Shown: one piece after another, positions 26,857 through 39,900 of the stretch
How the letters are laid out: every line of letters begins with the position of its first letter
How positions within the stretch are numbered: the first letter of the stretch is position 1
Assembly (NCBI GenBank): GCA_043228905.1
Contig: JBHGNT010000008.1
Location: forward strand, 6,448,001 to 6,512,000
DNA: 64,000 nt
Direction: 5' to 3'
Source of the DNA: Azolla caroliniana
Taxonomy: Eukaryota; Plantae; Polypodiophyta
The notes under the pieces: model-generated
Seen by the model: the letters and a program-made list of their open reading frames with translations, nothing else
Databases searched by the model: none
Told to the model about the DNA's origin: nothing
Translations under genes and position numbers: made by a program

Positions 26857-27922
26857 TGTCGTGAAGATTTTCGGCAACGGTGTGAAAATTGCGTGGAATG
26901 TACAAAATCGAGTGTGGTTCTTCACAGAAGATATGAAACAATAATAGTGAATATACTATTTTAGATTAGCTTAATATCTTGGTACGGGAAGATGGAGGTC
27001 TTCAAGAGCTTCTGAATGTACCTTACCACATTTGAAACATACAACTAAATGTCAAGTTATGTGAATGTGAAGTTTGAGAAGAAATAAGAGAAAAACAAAA
27101 CTATGAGATATCCCACATAGATAGGACAAATTAGGATCCCATAGTATATAAGCAAAGCTAGAACTTATTACTTTTTGTCTATGTGTGGAGCACAAAATGT
27201 TCTTGGGCTAAACTGTGGCTTAACTACTCGTAATGGTTTTGGAGGACCGGATCGGATGGACGATGACGAAATCGGAACCGGACGGACGACTACGGAACTG
27301 GAACTGGAATTAGATGGACGACGATGGAGTCGGAACCGGAACGGATGGACGACGGCGGAACCGAAACCAGACTAGGGGACGACGCCAAACCGAAACCGGA
27401 CTGGTGGACGGCGTCGAACCGAAACCGGACTGGTGGACGGCGCCGAACCAAAATCGAACAGGGACGACGACTAAACTAGGACCAACATCTGGACCGGATT
27501 GGATCACTGGACCGGATAGACCAGATCATCGGGTCGGATGTGGACCAGATAGACGAATCGATCGGATAGGTTGATCCGTGATGATTTCGGTGTGAAACAA
27601 ACGAAATCATCTAGACTAAACCTAGTAAAAATTTGTGTACAAAGGGAGATGAATCAAAGGGACATGTTTGAAGCGCGTCAAAACACAAGTTTCAAGAGAG
27701 TGGTCGCCAACAACATCCAAAGGCGGGTCATTGAGCTTCAAGAAGGGAAGACAACGTGATCTGAGTTCGAGAGAGCAATATTAGCAGTGTCGTGATGTGG
27801 CGTGTTAAATGCGAGAAAAAGTGAAAACTTGAGGATACATGCACATTACACAAATACTTCTAAAAATGAAAATAAATCAATAATAAATAATCCTAGGGCC
27901 TAATTGTATTGAGTGCATATAG

Positions 27923-27995
27923 AGAGGTGCAAGTAAGATTTGAACCTTGCACCTCCAAGATAGGAGGCAATTAGCTTACCACCAAAGCTACTACA
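27923..27995 (-). ncRNA. tRNA-like A-box/B-box cassette inside the LTR (second copy at ~31961-32032)
   Basis: Minus strand reads TAGCTTTGGTGGT...CCTCC-TATCTT-GGAGG-TGCAAGGTTCAAATC. Expression is unproven. Confidence 0.5.
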
Positions 27996-29265
27996 CACGG
28001 TTTTGTGCATGATATAAGCAAAACCATGGTTTTAGCCCATGGTTTTGTGCATGTCACAAGCATGGAGAGACCTGTAAAAGCCTCTAGTTGGGCTTGTGTA
28101 AGGGGGGCTCAATAGGTGATAATCACCATCGTCGTCATCATCATCAATATAAAATTCTTCTTATAATTATACTTCTATTGTTCATCTTCTTTCTTCTTTG
28201 ATACTTCTTATTGTACTTCTTATAATCATCAATCTTTTGATCTTATAAAGGTTAACATTGTTTCTTGATAACTTGGTAAACGTCCTCCCTCGTCACAAAC
28301 CTCGGTGGTCCTGTTCGAGCGACACACGCACACGTATCTTCGCGACATCTTTTGGTGAACTTGACGTGAAGAGTGGCAGGGGAGGATGAAGTTGGACGAG
28401 GAATATCTCATGGAGGCAATGTCAAAGATGATAATGGAATTTTCAAGAGAAGGGAAAAGACAAGATGCAGCCCAACAAGCCATCGAAAGCATGGTCAAGC
28501 AAGTCGGTTGTTTCGACAGAGGCAAAGTCCAAAATTTTCTGGAGGCCTACAATGCCGAAATGGATTCAAGATGTGTGAATGAAGCAACGAAGCTGGAATA
28601 CTTTTGTCGAGTGATGGCCGAACAAATCTACAAAGATATGAAAGAGCTTCAAAAAGCTCATGATTCGTGGGTGTCCTTTGAAGAAGCTTTATGAGAGGCA
28701 TATGATCATGAAGAGCCGAAGGGACGAGGTCTATACAAGTTTGACCAATGGGTGTCATCGAGGAAGACCCACCACCAGAGTGCTATGCATGTATTCATTG
28801 AGTTTGAGTGTCGGTTCGCTCAACTCTCGGAGCGGGAACAAGGATTGGTGGGGGTGAATAAAGTCTTAATGTTCGTCAAGTCGATTGATCGGAAGAAAAG
28901 GACGGCCATTGGAGTCCAACTCGAGGACAACAATGGTGTGAACGGCCACACTAAAAATTGGGCCGAAGTGAAAAGGGTATGCCAACGACATGACAAGAGG
29001 AGGATAGGAATCTTGTCGACAATGTCACGGCTGATGAGGGACGATAGGAGGACAATATACAACAACATGCCACCACCGAAGGAAGCAAGCTCGAAGAGGG
29101 AAAGTTCGACGATGCTCGACATAGAAGTCTTTATGAGAGAGGCATTCAAGAACTTAAAGGCGCAAGTTGAGGTTGAAGAGAAACTTCAAAAGGGACAAAA
29201 ACTGATGTGAACGATGGTTGAGGACGAAGAGACCTCTCCACAAATGCAGATTAAGGAAGTGGTGG

Positions 29266-29720
29266 TATTATAGATCTTAGTACTAATGTAAGCTTAAGAT
29301 AAGGATAAAGAAATGAAAGATAGAAAGGAGAAAGAGAAAGAAGGGTGCCGATCCACCCGACCACCCCCGAGTGAAGGGATCGAGACGGACTCGAGCCTCT
29401 ATTGGCGTCCCATACCACCGCCGTGGCGTCGAGTCGTACCTGGTGCTGGCGCGCTCGCTACAAGAGTTGACCCACCACACGAGCAAAGTCTCGATGTAGT
29501 CAAAAGATGATCAAATGAGGGTAGCTAGGCCTCTTATTTATAGCGATACCCAAGGCCCCCAGGCAAGTTCACACTTGACCTAATGGGTTGTCTCAATCCC
29601 GAGGATTAAAAGTAATCCTCCCCTTCTTTACACTCTCATTTAACCCTCACACTTATCCACGTGTATAGATTACTACGGTAAATTCTTACCACGGGATATT
29701 ATATGGTCATGCCCGTAACA
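29266..29720 (-). mobile_element. Solo LTR of the chromovirus family at 45847
   Basis: Aligns with 45847-46301 (ends ...tgcccgtaaca); 5-bp TSD GGTGG at 29261-29265 and 29721-29725. Confidence 0.92.
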
Positions 29721-30105
29721 GGTGGATTCAAAGGCTCAAGTTCGGTACGGTGGTACCACAGGAGAAAATGCAGAACAAATCATCTTCTCATCTTGGAAAG
29801 AAATAACAGAGAAGGATGAAACCAATGAATCGAGGACGCCAAACGCTAGTCCAAGGGAGGAAGAATGTTTCAGAACACGCTTCATGTTCGAAACGTCGGG
29901 TGGTGAAGGAGCAAGCCTAATAGAAGCTTGTATGATCAAGGAGGATAAAGAGTGCGAGGCCCACATGATTGAGGTAGACACGAAAAATGACATCAAGGAG
30001 GTGGCTATGGAGAATATGGCAAAGGTGATTGACCAAAGGCATATGGAATCCTCCGCACTTGTTCTAGAGACTTGGGCAGTTGCATCCAAGAATCAACGTG
30101 AGACC

Positions 30106-30941
30106 CATGGTTGTTTACGTACCCGTATTTAACGTTTAAATACGTATAGTACCTCATCATTTGTATAGTACGTACTATACCTCAATGTTGTTCAGTCAAA
30201 TATCATGTACATTTGTCCAATACGGTATTTAACGTATTTATAAAAAAACAGGTATAATACATATTTATAAAGAAAATGTAAGTAAAACCCTAACAAAAAG
30301 CAAAAGAAAAAAAAGATTTTAATGAAAAAGAAGCCAAAGGAAGGAAGAAAGAAGAATAGAAGAGACAACGATGAAGAAGATGAAGAAGAAGAAGAAGAAG
30401 AGAGAAAAGAAGACATAAACCTATCTTGAGTGTGATAATCGCAGAAGATAGAAGAAGAAGAAGAAAACGAAGAAAAGAGAAACCTATCATGAGCTTGATA
30501 ATCATAGATGATTCCTCAATCTATGAAGGCATAATTGTAAATAATTACAATTTGAAGTAGAACATCGTGATACACACTTACACTGATTTATAGAATAAGG
30601 GAATGTCAACATCCATATTACTACAAGTATTTTAGGATATGAAATGTTCAAATGTCTTATATGCATTTTAGGATATAGAACTATATTGTACATCACAAAA
30701 TTGTGTAAACATAGATGTTTTTTACAATATTATAGATATTTTTTAGAAAGGTAAATAATTTTCAAATTCTAGAAGTATTTAACGTACTATATGTAAAATA
30801 CGTATTTAACATATTTGATAAGTATTTAACATATTAAGAAAACGTATTTAACGTATTTTTAAATTGGGAGGTACTATACGGGTATTAATACGTTAAATAC
30901 GTATGGTATCCGTACCATACCTAATGTACCTAACAACCTTG
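30106..30941. mobile_element. Non-autonomous hAT-type DNA transposon (MITE-like)
   Basis: 8-bp TSD GTGAGACC at 30098-30105 and 30942-30949; imperfect TIR catggttgtt / aacaaccttg; subterminal cgtatttaa repeats; AT-rich, no transposase. Confidence 0.88.
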
Positions 30942-33900
30942 GTGAGACCCAAGAGATGGAAGCTGGCGGCGAGGACGCGAAGGTTGGAGCTGATGCACAT
31001 GATGGGAACATAGCCACAGACAATGATGTCAGCCCGAAGATGGCAAGAGCGAGCAAGGACCATGGAGAGGATTCGGCCACACTTGTTCCAGAGACTTCGG
31101 CAGTTGCGTCCGAGTGCCAACATGAGATTGAAGGGATGGAAGGTGGCTGCGAGGAAGCGAAGGATGAAGTTGGTTTGTGCGATGAAGAGACCAAAAGAAG
31201 CACAATGACAAAAGCGGATGTGCACAACAAAGAGGCCGAAGAAAGTGTGACAATGGACAAGGACGGCCAAGCAAGCCAAGAGGATTTGAAAGGTGTACCT
31301 CGGAAAGTGAGGACAGTAGCATGAATATCAAAGGTACGATGGTCAACTCAAACGCGGGAGTTTACCACAACAAATGGAAGAAAGAGAGGTATGCAATATG
31401 GTCGCTTAGAGACCTCGAGATGAGCATGCGCTTGAAAGGACTACGACGGGTAGTCAGCATCGACATTCGAATGAGGTCTTGTGAAGGCAAGCAGGGGACG
31501 AGAAAGAATGAAGGATTGAAGTTTCTTGACCAAGGAGACAGACAGGATGAAGGTGGCACATACACAATGGTTATGCTTAGGAGCGGGGAAGGGGGCCATG
31601 ACAACCAGTCATAGCATTGCAAAGTGCGAGCAAACGATATGGTGGATCGGATGGCGACGATGGTTCAGCTAGAAGGAATGGACGAGCTCAAAATGGAGGG
31701 CGAAAGCCAGTGTGGGCAAGGCACATGAAAGGAGAAAATCAAAGGTTGAAAACCTTTGGCCCCACCACATCACTCTTTTCCTTCTTGGCACATGCCAGAG
31801 GATGTGCGGTTTGGTGGGGCGGGATGTCGTGATGTGGCGTGTTTAATGCGAGAAAAAGTGAAAACTTGAGAATACATGCACATTACACAAATACTTCTAA
31901 AAATGAAAATAAATCAATAATAAATAATCCTAGGGCCTAATTGTATTGAGTGTGTATAAAGAGGTGCAAGTAAGATTTGAACCTTGCACCTCCAAGATAG
32001 GAGGCAATTAGCTTACCATTAAAGCTACTACACACAATTTTGTGCATGACATAAGCAAAACTATGGTTTTAGCCCATGGTTTTGTGCATGTCCCAAGCAT
32101 GGAGAGACCTATAAAAGCCTCTAGTTGAGCTTTTGTAAGGGGGGCTCAATAGTTGATAATCACCATCATCATCATCATCAATATAAAATTATTCTTATAA
32201 TTATACTTCTATTGTTCAGCTTCTTTCATCTTTGATACTTCTTATTGTACTTCTTATAATCATCAATCTTTTGATCTTGTCAAGGTTAACATTGTTTCTC
32301 AATAACTTGGAAAACATCCTCCCTGGTCAGAGACCCCGATGGTTCCATTTGAGCGACACACGCATGCGTATCTTCGTGACAACGTATTTCGTGATAGAAG
32401 ATTTGTTGAGGATGACTCGACATGTCTTGATGAAGTGGATAGAGAAGAAGAATAAGAGGATGAGCGCTTCGAGGGTGTATGACGAGTTCGATCAAATGTT
32501 TCGTTATCTTCCCGCCACGGACCAAGTGCTGCTTGAGGAGGACAAGACTTTGTACTTCTTGAAAGCCATGGACATGAAGGATAGACGAGAATTGGAAACC
32601 CAAGCAAATGGGCTTGTGGCAGATTGGATTGCGGTGAAGCGAGCGTGCAATAGGCTCGATAAGCGTTGTCAATGGGTTGATGACACCAACTTGGCAGGAT
32701 CGAATGTGGAGAAAATGAGACAACCGAAAGTCATTGAACCAACCAAACAAAGCAACCCGGAAGAAAAGAATATTGATGATGACATCATCAAAGAACTGGC
32801 GAAGAAGTTCGAGACGGTCACACTAGCGAACATGAATCATCGGGGCCCGAAAGGAAAAGAACCTTTTAGATGTGTGTGGTGTGACAACTTGGACCACAGG
32901 AGAAGGGAGTCCGCGAGCCTTCGAGAGGCCATCTGAAAAAATATCGTATACATGGATGACAACATGATCTGCTCAAGTGAGACTAGAAGACCCGTACAGG
33001 TGAATTTCAGAAGAGGGGGAATGAAGAAAGCCATGGAAGATGTTGAGACGACTCATGTGGATGCAATGCACTATGCTGCATTGGTCGGAATAAGAGTCGG
33101 GAAAGACAAAAAAGAAGCTGCTAGAACTTGAACAAAGTTTTGGTCTTCTGTTCTCGAGTGTAAGAAGAAGGGCAAAGTTACTTCGGACGATGCAGAGCTT
33201 GTGGACCGAAGTATACAAAGTATCACCGGATGGTCGGATCCAGTAGATGACAACACCATACTCATTGATGTAATGTGTGATAACCATGAGGTGTTCGTGG
33301 ATGAAAAGAGAAAAAGAATGGAAGGGCAAGATAACCCATCAAAAAGACATGAAACAAGGAGTGCGAAAAAGGAAGAAGATGCAGAAACGAGTCGAGCTTT
33401 ACAAACAGAGGGAGACTCAAGATAGAAAGGGGAATCGAGCAAATGAGTCGAAGAAATGGTTTGACCCATGAAGGTTAGTGTCGAAGCCCCCGCTCGGAAG
33501 ACAAAAATTATGACTACCTATAAGCTAAGGTCGGCCATAGAGCAAACAACAGATCTGAAGAAGATTCTCGAGGAACGTGTTTTCGATAGACACGTGACCT
33601 TGTCCTTGAGGGAATTGCTCGGCATTACGAAAAAGGAGTTCCACGATACGATCATGGACCTTATGAAGAGAAAAAGGCAACAGTCGGACGAGGAAGAAGA
33701 GAAGCCACTAAAAGTAAAAGCGAATGCCATAATGATGGCAAGAGACGAAGTCGAGGAAGATATGGTGGATAACCACTATACTCAGCCTCATTGGGCATGA
33801 GAAACAATGGAGACGCCCATAAAGTTGGGGGAAAGAAAGGAGACAGTCGTAGCATTAATAGACCATGGGTCCGAAATCAACCTTATGTCGACTGAGGTCT

Positions 33901-36122
33901 ACAGGAAGGGAAGATGGCCCATAAATACGAATCATGGGTGGAAGATCCGTGCTGCTACAAAAGCTACCGAAGACTTGTATGGGGCATGTCCTAACGTCCC
34001 CATCACGATTGACAATGTCGAGATAGATCAACATTATTTTGTTCAAGACTTGGTGTCCCATCCCATCATTCTTGGACAACCATACATAACATCATCACGG
34101 ATGGAAACCAAAGTGTTCGACAATGGTGCGGCATTTGCTCGAGTAAGGAGTCTTGATGGGAAGAAGGTCGTACAATTCTTGACTGTACATGCCAACCATG
34201 AAAGGAATCGGGATTGTCTTGGAGAAGATGCTTCGGATTTTCAGAGTGGACTATTGAAGCATGGGGCACAAATAGTCCCAGCAATCACAAGTCCCCACAA
34301 GAAAGTAGAGCGTGTGGATTGCAAGGAGAAGCAACATGTGTCACACCTAGTGGCGCATGTAAACTAGTACTACCCAGCAAAAAGGATAAGTATCAGATAC
34401 AAGACTTCGAGAAGATGCTGAAAGAAGAAAACATAATAGAAGAAGAAGAATTCGTGACTCATATTATGGAAGAAGCCTCATTTAACGACACCATCGGCGA
34501 AATCGAGGAAGTCATGAACTTGAGCTATCTTCATGATCAACACGAGATTTTGGTTAACTCCGTCAACATGTACGCTATCATCGATGAATACCATCGACGC
34601 ATCTTGATGGAGGAAGTTGAAGTCAACACAAAATATAAAACGGTGGATAGGAAGATCAAGCTAGTTGCGGTTCTGCTACCGGAAGATAGCTGGCAAAAGA
34701 TGAAGGAAGTCACTAATGATCCAAGCTTAAGGGATCCGAAGGCAATAGGTCATGTCTTCACCGAAGAGACGAAAGGGAAGCTACGTGTTGGAAGGGAGGA
34801 TTTCCTCCTCCCTGAAGAGGAGCGAATGTGACGCGGAATGCTTGAAAAACATGGGAAGACTTTCGCATTTTTCCCTCAACAAATCAGATGTACTGACCCA
34901 AAGATTATAGAGCCGATGGTGATATTTACGGTGCCTCACGTATCTTGGAACCTCAAGCCAATACCGGTTCCGAGAGCACACCTACTGAAGTTGATCGAAC
35001 TCTTAAAGGAGAAGGTGAATATGGGGATTTTGGAATCGTCAAATGCTCCTTATTCTAATAGGTGCTTCACGGTGCCGGAGAAGAATTGATCATTGCGATT
35101 CATCCAAGATCTTCAACCCGTCAACAAGGTGACAATTCGGAATGCTAGAATTGGTCTAAGTGTGGAAGAATTTGCCGAAGTGTTTGCAGGCCGGTTCATC
35201 TACTCCATTGGCGATCTCTACTCTGGATACAACCAATTCCAGTTGACGATCGACAGTCGTGACATTACAACCATGAGGACTCCGATCGGGCTTGTGCGGA
35301 TGTGTACCTTACCGCAAGGTGCAACAAACTCTGTGGGTCATATGGTGAATGCCATGATCAAGGTTTTGAAGGATTGCATCCCGGACATCACGATGCCATT
35401 CTTGGATGATATTCCGATAAAAGGATGTTCTGATGAGGAGAAGGATGAATTGAAAAATAAGGAAGGGTGTAGAAAGTTTGTTGTAGATCATATGAAAGAT
35501 TGTGAGAAGGTGCTCCAAAGGCTCAAAGATGCGAAATTGACATTTTCAGGAGAAAATTCCGCATTCGGGCAACCAGAGATCTTGGTGGTAGGTCACTTAT
35601 GTGGAGCATACGGCCGGAAGCCTTCGCCATCCAAAGTGAATGCAATCCAGGACATGAAAGAAGAATGCGTAAACCAATCAAAGCTTTGAAGATTCCTTGG
35701 AGCATGCACGTTTTATCATATCTGGATTCCGCACTACGCTCATGTTGCCGAGACATTATATGGATTGCTAAAGAAAAGAATGAAGTTCAAATGGAGAGAC
35801 TAGCATACAAACGCAATACGAAGATTGAAGAAACTACTTCTTGAAGCTCCAACACTAAGGAAGGCCGACTATACCGAAGGAAAGCCAATTTATGTGACTG
35901 TTGTCATAACTAGACTCGAACCCATAACCTTTTGTTACACGGGTCGAGACTTTACCATTAGGTTATGAATTGTAATTTGAAGGATATTATTTTCATTTAG
36001 GTTTTATTGGGAAATTGATGTATATTCCAGATTTCTCTGGAACATTCTAGAAACTTCAGGAGTATTCCTGAAGACACTATAAAAGGAGGCGCAAGGCATT
36101 AGTTCGAACCAAATCGGTTCAA

Positions 36123-36257
36123 ACTGTCAGGAACTCTATTAAGGCAGAGAAGGAATTAGTACTAAAAGAAGGATTAGTACTATTGTCGGGGAATAGTACT
36201 AAGACAGAGAAGGATTAGTACTATGAGAGGTGTCAAACTTTGAGAGAAGGAATGGGT

Positions 36258-36303
<46 letters not shown>

Positions 36304-36370
36304 TGATGCGAAAGGTATATGTATTATATGAAGGAAGATATACAACAGTAGTTAGAAGGCTTAAGACTGG
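36123..36370 (-). repeat. Inverted 3' half of the 5' LTR
   Basis: Reverse complement of ~40737-40998, including (GA)n versus (TC)n and the LTR end cctgaca. Confidence 0.93.
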
Positions 36371-36382
36371 GATGATCAAGCA

Positions 36383-36937
36383 TTGATGGAGCAGTTCCGC
36401 TATGGTCTACGCAACGATGTCAAGGATTTACTCTTGACTTTCCCTGAAGAGCCAAAATCATTAACAGAAGCAATCAGTCGAGCGGTCAGATGTGACAACC
36501 GCCTCTTCGAGCGACGTTCGGAACGACAATTTCAGATGCCGAGGGCAAGATCCGAGCCTACCTATGCCTCAGTGGTAGCAAAACCTTTTCAAAGGGAGTC
36601 ACATAATGCGCCTCCAGTAAGTACTCCAACTCCAATGGAAATTGACACTACACGTCGTCGTGGGCCGCTATCGGAGGAGGAAAAGCAACGACGCCGAACA
36701 AATCGATTATGCCTTTATTGCGGTGGACCAGGGCATATCGCGATAAACTGTCCCCATAGACCAAGAAGGCAGGTAAACCAAGTCGTTGTTAGTTCTGACT
36801 ATACTAAACCCGAGTCTATTTCAGTAGGAATCTCTGATAGTCCTCATAGTCATAATAGTCCTAATAGTACTAATAGTCCGAATCTCGCAAACAAATTTGA
36901 TGTCCTTAGCCAATTAGAAGAAGAGTTAAACGACTAA
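36383..36937 (+). CDS. gag: Gag C-terminal part (N-terminus deleted), with CCHC zinc knuckle
   Basis: FRYGLRNDVKD, PMEID, CLYCGGPGHIAINC. Confidence 0.9.
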   Translation: MMEQFRYGLRNDVKDLLLTFPEEPKSLTEAISRAVRCDNRLFERRSERQFQMPRARSEPTYASVVAKPFQRESHNAPPVSTPTPMEIDTTRRRGPLSEEEKQRRRTNRLCLYCGGPGHIAINCPHRPRRQVNQVVVSSDYTKPESISVGISDSPHSHNSPNSTNSPNLANKFDVLSQLEEELND

Positions 36938-39900
36938 GTCCAGCCAAAATAGGAGCCGTTTGGTTGGACAGCCCTAGATCTGTGCAGCCCATTAGTGGTT
37001 CCATTCCCTCTAAGCAAGTTAGTGATGTGTTCGTAGCCCAAGTAGCAGTTAGTACTAAAAGTACCCCTCCAGTACATACCTTAGCCCTTCTAGATTCCGG
37101 AGCTAATTCTTGCTTCATGGATAGGAATTTTGCCCGAGCTCATCAGATATCTCTCAGAAAGCTCCCATGTCCAGCCTCAGTAGTAGTCATTGATGGTCGT
37201 CCCATTGCTTCTGGTAATATCATAGAAGAGTCGGAACCCGTTAATATTGTCCTAGATAACTTAACATGTGTAGTATCATTTAATATTATTAGTATTCCAG
37301 AACATCCCATAGTTTTAGGATTACCATGGTTCGAGTTACATAACCCAGACATAGATTGGAGGACAAGGGAAATCCGGTTGCGACAAACCCAAGGATCTAC
37401 CCAGAAGGTTGCAACCATTTCGCTACGTCAGTTGCGTGAGGAAGGGCGCAAGGAGGAAATGTTTCTCTTCGCAATATCAGTACAACCCTCCAGTACCACC
37501 AAAGAGGAGTCCACCGTTCAACTTCCCGAGAAGTATCGTCAGTATGCTGATGTGTTCGATAAAGTACAAGCCAACACACTTCCTCATCATCGGCCGTACG
37601 ATTGCGCCATCGACTTACAACCGGGAAAAGAGCCGCCATGGGGGCCGATCTACAATTTGTCACCAACCGAGCTAGAAGTCCTTCGAGCCTATATAGAGGA
37701 GAATTTGGAGAACGGTTTCATTCGGCATTCGAAATCTCCAGCCGGCGCACCCATTTTCTTCGTCAAGAAAAAAGATGGCTCGCTTCGACTCGTTGTAGAT
37801 TACCGTGGCTTGAATAAGGTCACAGTAAGAAATAGGTATGCTCTTCCCCTTATCTCAAGTCTTTTAGAACGGATCAACGGTGCCAGGTTCTTCACGAAGA
37901 TCGACTTACGAGGAGCCTATAACCTCGTACGGATCCGACCAGGAGATGAATGGAAGACCGCGTTTCGCACCAGATATGGGCACTTCGAGTATACGGTCAT
38001 GCCGTTCGGACTCACTAATGCGCCGGCAGTCTTCCAGCACATGGCGAATGATATATTTCGAGATCTCTTGGATGATTTTTTGATCATCTATTTGGATGAT
38101 CTACTGGTTTATTCAAAGACCCAAGAAGAACATGATTCTCATGTACTATTAGTACTAAAACGACTTCGAGAACATGGTCTGTATGCAAAGTTAGAGAAAT
38201 GTAGTTTCGGGTGCAACCAAGTGGAGTTTCTCGGCTATGTCATCTCCTCAGAAGGCATATCTATGGACCCAGCCAAGGTCAAAACGGTGATAGAATGGCA
38301 CACTCCGCGTTCGGTGCGGGATGTGCAATGCTTCCTAGGCTTTGCAAATTTTTACCGGAAGTTCATACAAAATTACTCAAAAATTGTGCTGCCTCTCACA
38401 CAGCTCACCAGGAAGGGACAATCATTCATTTGGTCTAAAGAGACGGACATGGCTTTCGAGAGTCTTAAGAAGGCGTTTACATCAGCTCCAATTTTAGGTC
38501 ATGTGGATCCGGAAAAACCATTCATTATCGAAGCTGACGCATCGGATTTCGCATTGGGGAGCATTCTGTCACAACAGGGTAACGACGAGAAGCTACATCC
38601 TGTGGCTTTCCACTCCCGTAAGTTTGACGCCGCCGAAATCAACTACGAAATTCATGATAAAGAGCTATTAGCAATAGTTGATTCTTTTATGCAATGGAGG
38701 CATTTCCTGGAGGGATCTCCTCATCAGGTCACTGTATTCAGTGACCACAAGAACCTTGCCTACTTTCAAGATGCTCGTGTACTGAATCGACGTCAAGCTC
38801 GGTGGGCCCACTTCCTCACACGCTTCGACTTCAAAATTACATATCGTCCGGGGAAGCACCAAGGGAAGGCAGATGCATTATCACGGCGTTCGTATCTAAC
38901 ACCACGTCCCGGTGAGCCAGCTTTCGATAACCAGAAGCAAGTAATCTTGGGTCCAGCACGACTGCAAGCAGCACAGGTCTTTGACATGCCCGTGGATTCC
39001 GACATTACCAATACTATACGTGAGGACTTGAAGACTGACGCTTTCGCCCAAGCTATACTAGCACAAATTGACCCCTCTCGAGCGTCATGTTCACAATCAC
39101 AATCACCAGGTACGGATTATCGGCAATTCAAATACTGTGATGGATTACTCTTCTTTAAAGAACTTTTGTATGTTCCTAATGGTTCTTGCCGCCTTCGAGT
39201 AGTACAAAACTGCCATGACACATATACAGCAGGACATTTTGGTAGTACTAAAACATTAGATTTAGTACAACGATCATTCTGGTGGCCCCGTATGCGACAA
39301 TTTGTCGAAGATTTTGTTCGGACTTGCGATACATGCTGCAGAGCGAAAATGCCAAGACATCATCCATATGGTTTATTAGAACCATTACCAATTCCAAGCA
39401 AGCCATGGCAATCCATTGCTCTTGACTTCATTACAGATCTTCCAGTCTCTAAGGGATTCAGTGCGATTCTCACAGTGGTGGATCGATATACAAAGATGGC
39501 TCATTTCTTACCATGTACTAAAGAAATATCTAGTGAAGACACCGCCGAAATTGTCATGCGGGAAGTATGTCGGCATCATGGACTCCCTGATAATATCATC
39601 AGCGATCGTGGACCCCAGTTTGTGTCAAAATTCTGGAAGCACCTTTTTAAAATGCTGAAGGTCACTTGTCACCTCTCCTCCGGCTACCACCCACAAACCG
39701 ACGGTCAAGCTGAACGAACAAATCAAACACTGGAGCAGTATCTGCGGTGCTTTCTCAACTATCATCAGAATGACTGGGCAGATATTCTTCAGTTCGCCGA
39801 ATTTGCCTATAATAACGCTATCCACGCATCGACTAAAGTCACGCCATTCTACGCTTATACAGGATATCATCCCCGGTGGTGTGTCCTTGAAACCCCAGAA

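Larger units (their letters stand above)
27788..32381 (+). mobile_element. Non-autonomous gypsy-type LTR element (gag remnant + unrelated low-complexity region, no pol)
   Basis: LTRs 27788-28347 and 31825-32381; tRNA-Trp-type PBS at 28353-28370; gag-like FDRGKVQNFLEAY; PPT at 31808-31824. Confidence 0.88.

Noticed and set aside
27175-27574. ORFs in GGAACC/GACG-rich arrays (also 43254-43652, 52308-52758, 59365-59879)
   Set aside because: They lie within LTR simple-repeat tracts, are open in several frames on both strands and have no protein motifs.
30192-30505. Hydrophobic / Ser-rich ORFs as membrane proteins
   Set aside because: They are translations of the reverse strand of the GAA/A-rich MITE core.
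27784-32385. Perfect TSD for the 27788-32381 element
   Set aside because: The flanks GCAG and ACGT do not match; the boundaries rest on LTR termini, PBS and PPT only.
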